Position numbers and translations under genes: made by a program. The notes beneath the pieces were generated by a model. The model ran no database searches. It worked only from the letters and a program-made list of their open reading frames with translations, and had not been told where the DNA came from. A DNA stretch of 64,000 bases, from positions 4,739 through 68,738 of the forward strand of contig JAYTHU010000031.1 in assembly GCA_043732305.1 (NCBI GenBank), written 5' to 3'. The stretch is from Oligoflexia bacterium. Its GTDB lineage: Bacteria; Bdellovibrionota; Bdellovibrionia; JABDDW01. Position 1 is the stretch's first letter. Every line of letters starts with the position of its first letter. Positions 59,482-64,000 of this stretch are shown here, one piece after another.

Positions 59482-60407
59482 GGGGCTATAAGTTCAGAGA
59501 ACAAATCCAAGGTTTGATCATCCTGGATTATATTTTCTGTGAGCAGTGTTTCATCATGGAAATATCTTTCCGCCACTTCGCCAAAGGAATCAAAAATCAA
59601 AATTTCAGATTTAAATTGATCGCAGGCTTTCTGAATTGTTGAAGGCGTGCCAAACAAGGCCACCTTGGTCAGAGCATCAGCTACGCTGCAGGTGTCAGCC
59701 AGCACGACGGCCGCATGATCACTCGTGAGATTCGCACGAAGCGGAAGTTCATATCTAGTGGTCGATTGTGCATTGTTTTTCGAAACCGTTAATGAACTTG
59801 TCGCAATGGCTTTAAAATGGGTTTCGATCTTCCGTAATACTGGGATATCATAATTTCCGAGTCGCAAATCGATCTGCGAATTCACTTTGTTAAAAAAGCG
59901 CATGTCGCCACCGGCATTCACTACTCCACTGACAAGCAAACTTTCAAATAGACCATTGGGAGCCACTCCACCAAAAACTTTCGACTCAGAAAAGATTCTC
60001 AAGAAATCTTTACTAGAAACAAGAGTCAAAATCTCCTCAACAACAGCATCGACAATAAAGCCTTTTGAAATTCCATCCAGATCGACAGAAAATCCAGCGT
60101 CTTTACGAACTCTAAAAACTGAATCCGTCTTTTCTTGGATATCCAAAGCCAATCCTAACAGAAGATTAAAATCTTGGTTGTTTTCTCGCCGCTCAAAAGG
60201 TTCATTTGAAAATCGAGAAAATATTTTTTCTAAGTTATGCGCCTTCTCAAAGGCCGCTGCAAAAATGGCATCGGCGAAAACTTCAGTGTCGAAAGTTGAA
60301 AAAAATCCTTCGGCTAAAGTAGAACCGGGCGCCAAATCGAGAGAGACTTGAAAAAACGTACCCAGCAAGGGTTTAGATCTTTTATATTTCTTGTTTAATG
60401 ATGTCAT
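59478..60407 (-). CDS. apbE: FAD:protein FMN transferase, ApbE family
   Basis: LLGT, DLDGISKGF.VD, VNAGGD.R, AIATS and ADALTK motifs. Confidence 0.85.
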   Translation of the reverse strand: MTSLNKKYKRSKPLLGTFFQVSLDLAPGSTLAEGFFSTFDTEVFADAIFAAAFEKAHNLEKIFSRFSNEPFERRENNQDFNLLLGLALDIQEKTDSVFRVRKDAGFSVDLDGISKGFIVDAVVEEILTLVSSKDFLRIFSESKVFGGVAPNGLFESLLVSGVVNAGGDMRFFNKVNSQIDLRLGNYDIPVLRKIETHFKAIATSSLTVSKNNAQSTTRYELPLRANLTSDHAAVVLADTCSVADALTKVALFGTPSTIQKACDQFKSEILIFDSFGEVAERYFHDETLLTENIIQDDQTLDLFSELIAP

Positions 60408-60912
60408 ATGATTCCAACACTCTCTTGACTCCCGCAGTGACGTGAGAAGAAGAAAGGGTAGCTCCGCTGATGTTTTTGATGTCTTTGTCGAGTTTGAAAA
60501 GAGCTGTTTTATCTTTTCCTACAAATTGATTTCTCCAAGCATCGCGCTTGATCTCATGCCCGTATGATTCTCGATATTCCAATATCTCAATGCCTTTGAC
60601 TTTACCTTTGGAAGTGATTCCCACGGCATAGGTGATCATCTCGTGTTTCCCGAGAGCCCGATCAATCACAACAACATCTTTATTTTTATTTTTCCAGACG
60701 GTGATTGTTTTATTTTTCACGGAATCATCAGATAATTTCTCAATCAAAGTGATCTGATTCGAAGTCAAAAGAATCTGACTCTTGACCATTTTCTGGCCGG
60801 GGAATATTAAATCCACAGCTTTGTGCTCAGTCATATAAATTTCGCAATGAGCAGTCACCGCGTACGCGGGTCCAAGTAGGCTGAGAACTAAAACTCCAGG
60901 CTTAGAAAACAA
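60382..60912 (-). CDS. FMN-binding (flavinylated) extracytosolic protein
   Basis: AAGGAG RBS before TTG; GKHE.ITY, YRESYG.E, flavinylation motif ISGATLS. Confidence 0.88.
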   Translation of the reverse strand: MFSKPGVLVLSLLGPAYAVTAHCEIYMTEHKAVDLIFPGQKMVKSQILLTSNQITLIEKLSDDSVKNKTITVWKNKNKDVVVIDRALGKHEMITYAVGITSKGKVKGIEILEYRESYGHEIKRDAWRNQFVGKDKTALFKLDKDIKNISGATLSSSHVTAGVKRVLESYDIIKQEI

Positions 60913-60950
60913 GGTCCATCTCCTTTTCTAGAACTAATAAATAGCTAATA

Positions 60951-61874
60951 TCAATGTGCGTGAGAGTGCTCCGTGCCCAATGGAATTCCGAATGCCACCC
61001 GAAACTCAATATTCTCGTGTTGCCCCAGATGCGCATAAGAGCTGGTCACAGGAACACCATCATTACCAATACCGAGATTTCTCGGCCAGCCGGCAATTTG
61101 CGGCAACACAGTAACCGTCCACCAGTAGGCTTCACCACCATAATGCACATCTACCCCAGCAAAATAAGCCGAGTGTTCTTGGGTTTGAAGATTCATGTCC
61201 GTGAACTCCATATGATTTCTTAATTCGACCCCTAAAAACCAATTGTCATGAACGCGGTAATTTGCGCCCAACGTGAATTCTGCCCAGAGCTCTTTCGATG
61301 AAGCTCCATCGTTTATTTCCCACTCGGGTTCCAACATAAAATTAAATGCTGTAACCATCTGATCACCAAAGAAATCCTTTTGCAAAATTATTCTGGTCTC
61401 GAGTGATCTCTCGATTTTATCTTGCCCCGTCTGTTTGTCTCTGACTGCAACTTCAGGCTCGATATAAAAGCCTAGACCTACGCCGTCTTTATAAGGGCTC
61501 AATACACGATAAATGAATTCTACCGACACTCCATTCACATTGAATTCGTTTTTATCCGGCAGATTGTTTGAGATATCCTCTGGGAGATAAATGTTTTTTA
61601 GGTAGTTGTAAGAGCTATTTATATAGAAAGCGGCCTGAAATTTGTCAGTGACTCCGTATTCGAACTCATTTCTGAGATCGACTGCCGTGTAACTCCCGCG
61701 AGCCTTCCCAGTGCGCATGGTCTGCTTCTGTTCATACTCCCAGTGATCGGCAGGGGTCGTATCTAAAGTGTAAACGTAACCGAAGTAACCTTCGCTGGCA
61801 TGGGCTTTCTCAGAAAGCAGCAAGAGTGGTGATAAGAGTGCAAGCAGAGTCAAAATTGCGCGCGATCGGGCCAA
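60951..61874 (-). CDS. DUF6662-like secreted or outer-membrane beta-strand protein
   Basis: Signal peptide ending AHA; FGYVY..DT.P...WE.EQ, EFEYG.TD, LSPYKD..G.G.Y.EP; alternating beta pattern; His-rich tail. Confidence 0.75.
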   Translation of the reverse strand: MARSRAILTLLALLSPLLLLSEKAHASEGYFGYVYTLDTTPADHWEYEQKQTMRTGKARGSYTAVDLRNEFEYGVTDKFQAAFYINSSYNYLKNIYLPEDISNNLPDKNEFNVNGVSVEFIYRVLSPYKDGVGLGFYIEPEVAVRDKQTGQDKIERSLETRIILQKDFFGDQMVTAFNFMLEPEWEINDGASSKELWAEFTLGANYRVHDNWFLGVELRNHMEFTDMNLQTQEHSAYFAGVDVHYGGEAYWWTVTVLPQIAGWPRNLGIGNDGVPVTSSYAHLGQHENIEFRVAFGIPLGTEHSHAH

Positions 61875-61890
61875 TGGGAACCTCCATAAG

Positions 61891-61905
61891 TGATAGTTAC
61901 TATCA
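61891..61905. promoter_or_regulatory. Fur-family 7-1-7 operator
   Basis: Perfect palindrome TGATAGT-T-ACTATCA (Fur consensus TGATAAT-N-ATTATCA), 16 nt upstream of the DUF6662 start. Confidence 0.7.
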
Positions 61906-62002
61906 TATAGCTTTAGTTGACCGTAAACTCAAACAGTGACGGCAATTATTGTCACTGAGTGTAACCATTTCATATCAACGGCGGTTTAACCCATTTTGGC
62001 GC

Positions 62003-62018
62003 TGGCACCTTCATTGCT
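62003..62018 (+). promoter_or_regulatory. Sigma54 promoter
   Basis: TGGCACCTTCATTGCT, near-perfect -24/-12 consensus, upstream of the TolQ-like gene. Confidence 0.7.
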
Positions 62019-62106
62019 TTATACCAAGCGAAAGACAAATTCTGAAACGGAAGCCGACTTCGGCACCGATCAGAGATGAATTAATTTTTAAAAAGCGAGG
62101 AAGTAT

Positions 62107-62775
62107 ATGGGTCTGTTTTCAAGTGTTGTGGGTGCGTTTCAACATGGCGGCATCTGGATGTGGGTTATTTTCGTAGCTCAAATGTTTTCTTTAGCCATCA
62201 TTGTAGAGAGAGTTTCAGCTCTGTACTTCAAACGTAACGACAAACAAAAAGCCGTGGCTCGTTTGTTCGAAGATGATATCCGCAAAGGCCAAATCGATAA
62301 AGTTCTCACTCGCGCCATGAAAATGGGCGATTCCGAAGCCATCACTCGCGTGATTCAAGTTGGAGCTCAAGCGTCTTTAGACATGGGTGGACGTGAAGAA
62401 ATTCAATCCCGCATGGATGAAGTTTTACTCGCAGAAAATTCTAAATTAGAAAAACGCACTGGATTTTTGGCGATGATCGGAAACGTCGGAACATTATTAG
62501 GTCTATTAGGAACCATCGTTGGCTTGATTGATTCATTTGCATCAGTGGCTAACGCTAACCCAATGGAAAAAGCCGCTTTGCTTTCCCAAGGTATTTCAAT
62601 CGCGATGCATTCTACCGCTTACGGGTTGATCATGGCGATTCCTGCTCTCGTGATGTACGCAGTTCTCACAAACCGAGCTAACGCACTTTCTGAAGATTTA
62701 AATCAAGCAGCACTCATGGTTTTCAACTGGCTCAGCTTTAACAATGAATCAGTCTCAATCAAAAAAGCTAGATAA
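62107..62775 (+). CDS. MotA/TolQ/ExbB proton channel protein (AglR-like)
   Basis: GTLLGLLGT..GLI..F and GIS.AM..TAYGL..AIP motifs. Confidence 0.93.
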   Translation: MGLFSSVVGAFQHGGIWMWVIFVAQMFSLAIIVERVSALYFKRNDKQKAVARLFEDDIRKGQIDKVLTRAMKMGDSEAITRVIQVGAQASLDMGGREEIQSRMDEVLLAENSKLEKRTGFLAMIGNVGTLLGLLGTIVGLIDSFASVANANPMEKAALLSQGISIAMHSTAYGLIMAIPALVMYAVLTNRANALSEDLNQAALMVFNWLSFNNESVSIKKAR

Positions 62776-62793
62776 CCGGAAAAGGAGAAACTT

Positions 62794-63219
62794 ATGTCAC
62801 GCAAAAAAGAATTAGACTTCGAATTAAATATCATCCCGATGATCGATATTCTTTCCGTCTGCATCTGTTTTCTCCTGATGACTATCGTTTGGATTCAAGT
62901 GGGAGCAATAAAATCGGCTCAGAGTTTGGGTGGACAGGCAAAAACTGCCAAAACTAATCCCCCTGCTATTTGGGCCACTCTTACTCCTAGCGGAATGATC
63001 CAACTCGATTTGAAAGACGTTCCTAAGAACGAAAGATTTTCTAAACAAGTTCCGCTCTCGGCAGTGCCACAGGTAATGGCGTTTGTGAAAAGTCATGTTC
63101 CAACAATCAACACGGGTCTGGTGATGCCATCAAAGCTCACCGCCTATAGCGACATTATCAGCGTGATGGACCAAATGAAAAAAGTGGGAATCAAAGACGT
63201 AGGAATTTCGCCACTCTAA
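62794..63219 (+). CDS. ExbD/TolR family protein (AglQ/S-like)
   Basis: ELNIIPMIDIL TM helix with the conserved Asp; Y..II.VMD. Confidence 0.9.
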   Translation: MSRKKELDFELNIIPMIDILSVCICFLLMTIVWIQVGAIKSAQSLGGQAKTAKTNPPAIWATLTPSGMIQLDLKDVPKNERFSKQVPLSAVPQVMAFVKSHVPTINTGLVMPSKLTAYSDIISVMDQMKKVGIKDVGISPL

Positions 63220-63246
63220 TGAGTGATGAAAATAAAGGAATAGAAG

Positions 63247-63738
63247 ATGTTAGGTAGAAGTTTTTTAAAAGAACAAAGTCTAAAGGGATTGCTGAGCACC
63301 CAATCAATGCTCCGTCCTGAAAAGGCGGCCAAAAAAAAATCCATGATCTTCAGCATCATGCTGACATCTTTGGTCGACGCATTTTGTATTTTGGTTATAT
63401 TTCTTCTCACCAATGCCACTAATTCTGGCCAGCCTCTCGATTGGAAAGGCAAGTATCAACTACCTGGCGCCACACAAAGTGAAGCGCTCGGATTTGGAAC
63501 AGTCGTTAAAATTCAAGGCAGTGGCAGTTCCCTCACCTACTCGGTAGATAACAAACAGATCTCCATTGGAAATTTGGTCAAAGAATTAATCAGCATCACC
63601 AATAAAGAGAATCTCATAGTTCAGGCCGATCGCGGAACATCATATGAAGCGCTCAATCCTATTATTCTTGCCGCAGCTCACGCAGGATTTGAACACTTCC
63701 AATTTGCGGTCTTACCGACTCAAGTGGTAAGCAAATGA
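63247..63738 (+). CDS. ExbD/TolR family protein (AglQ/S-like)
   Basis: LTSLVDAF.ILV.FLL; VQAD....Y......I..A..AGF. Confidence 0.9.
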   Translation: MLGRSFLKEQSLKGLLSTQSMLRPEKAAKKKSMIFSIMLTSLVDAFCILVIFLLTNATNSGQPLDWKGKYQLPGATQSEALGFGTVVKIQGSGSSLTYSVDNKQISIGNLVKELISITNKENLIVQADRGTSYEALNPIILAAAHAGFEHFQFAVLPTQVVSK

Positions 63739-64000
63739 AAAATTTAGCACTGGGCCTTCTTACATTTTTAATGAGCACTCATATAAGTGTGCAAGCCCAT
63801 GCTGAAACTATGAATTTGGAATCGACAAATCTTGTCATCACCAAGCTTGAGCATCTCCTCACTTATACTCAAAACCAAGCAGATCAAAATGATTCCACCG
63901 GGAGCTCTTCAAAGATCGCTTTGAAGATGAGATTGGCAGATCTTTATTCTGATCGCGCTCGTTTAGAAGAACAGTTGCAACAAGTAGAAAAATCCAAGGC
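63735..64000 (+). CDS. Secreted TPR-like protein (Glt/Agm gliding-cluster type), truncated by the window end
   Basis: Manual translation MKNLALGLLTFLMSTHISVQAHAE...MRLADLYSDRARLEE; ATGA overlap with the ExbD gene. Confidence 0.65.
   Translation, partial: MKNLALGLLTFLMSTHISVQAHAETMNLESTNLVITKLEHLLTYTQNQADQNDSTGSSSKIALKMRLADLYSDRARLEEQLQQVEKSK

Noticed and set aside
460-63452. Many 60-175 aa ORFs antisense to or inside assigned genes (e.g. 460-849, 39201-39725, 44171-44632, 50685-50976, 59887-60351)
   Set aside because: Shadow frames of well-supported genes, with no motifs or RBS
1-64000. CRISPR arrays, tRNA, rRNA and a cobalamin riboswitch near icmF
   Set aside because: No regularly spaced repeats or RNA-gene signatures seen by eye, and intergenic gaps are short; an Infernal/tRNAscan run would be decisive

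Overview
Bacterial chromosomal segment. Gene content (TIGR04552-like protein, IcmF, Agl/Glt-like TolQ-ExbD-ExbD-TPR cluster, many orphan secreted proteins) points to a predatory Bdellovibrionota-like organism; this is inference. Most of it is housekeeping: dctA, scpAB, trpS, an IcmF/butyryl-CoA cluster, fadIJ, maeB, hflX, mla/lol ABC genes, zinc-free ribosomal proteins, pyrC, msrA and an ApbE flavinylation operon with a Fur-type box. The standout is a 15.3 kb accessory locus (19750-35045). It holds six paralogous secreted helical proteins with a shared ~260-aa N-terminal domain and variable C-termini, one secreted TelA/KlaA-like protein, and a signal-peptide-bearing ClpA/B-like AAA+ protein with a dead first ring and no D2 pore loop. 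The two arms of the locus diverge from back-to-back sigma54-type motifs, and all eight proteins carry a terminal C-x3-L motif. Also seen: a RAYT-like HUH transposase and a REPIN-like nested inverted repeat. I saw no rRNA, tRNA or CRISPR array. All assignments are by eye from motifs; no database searches were run.
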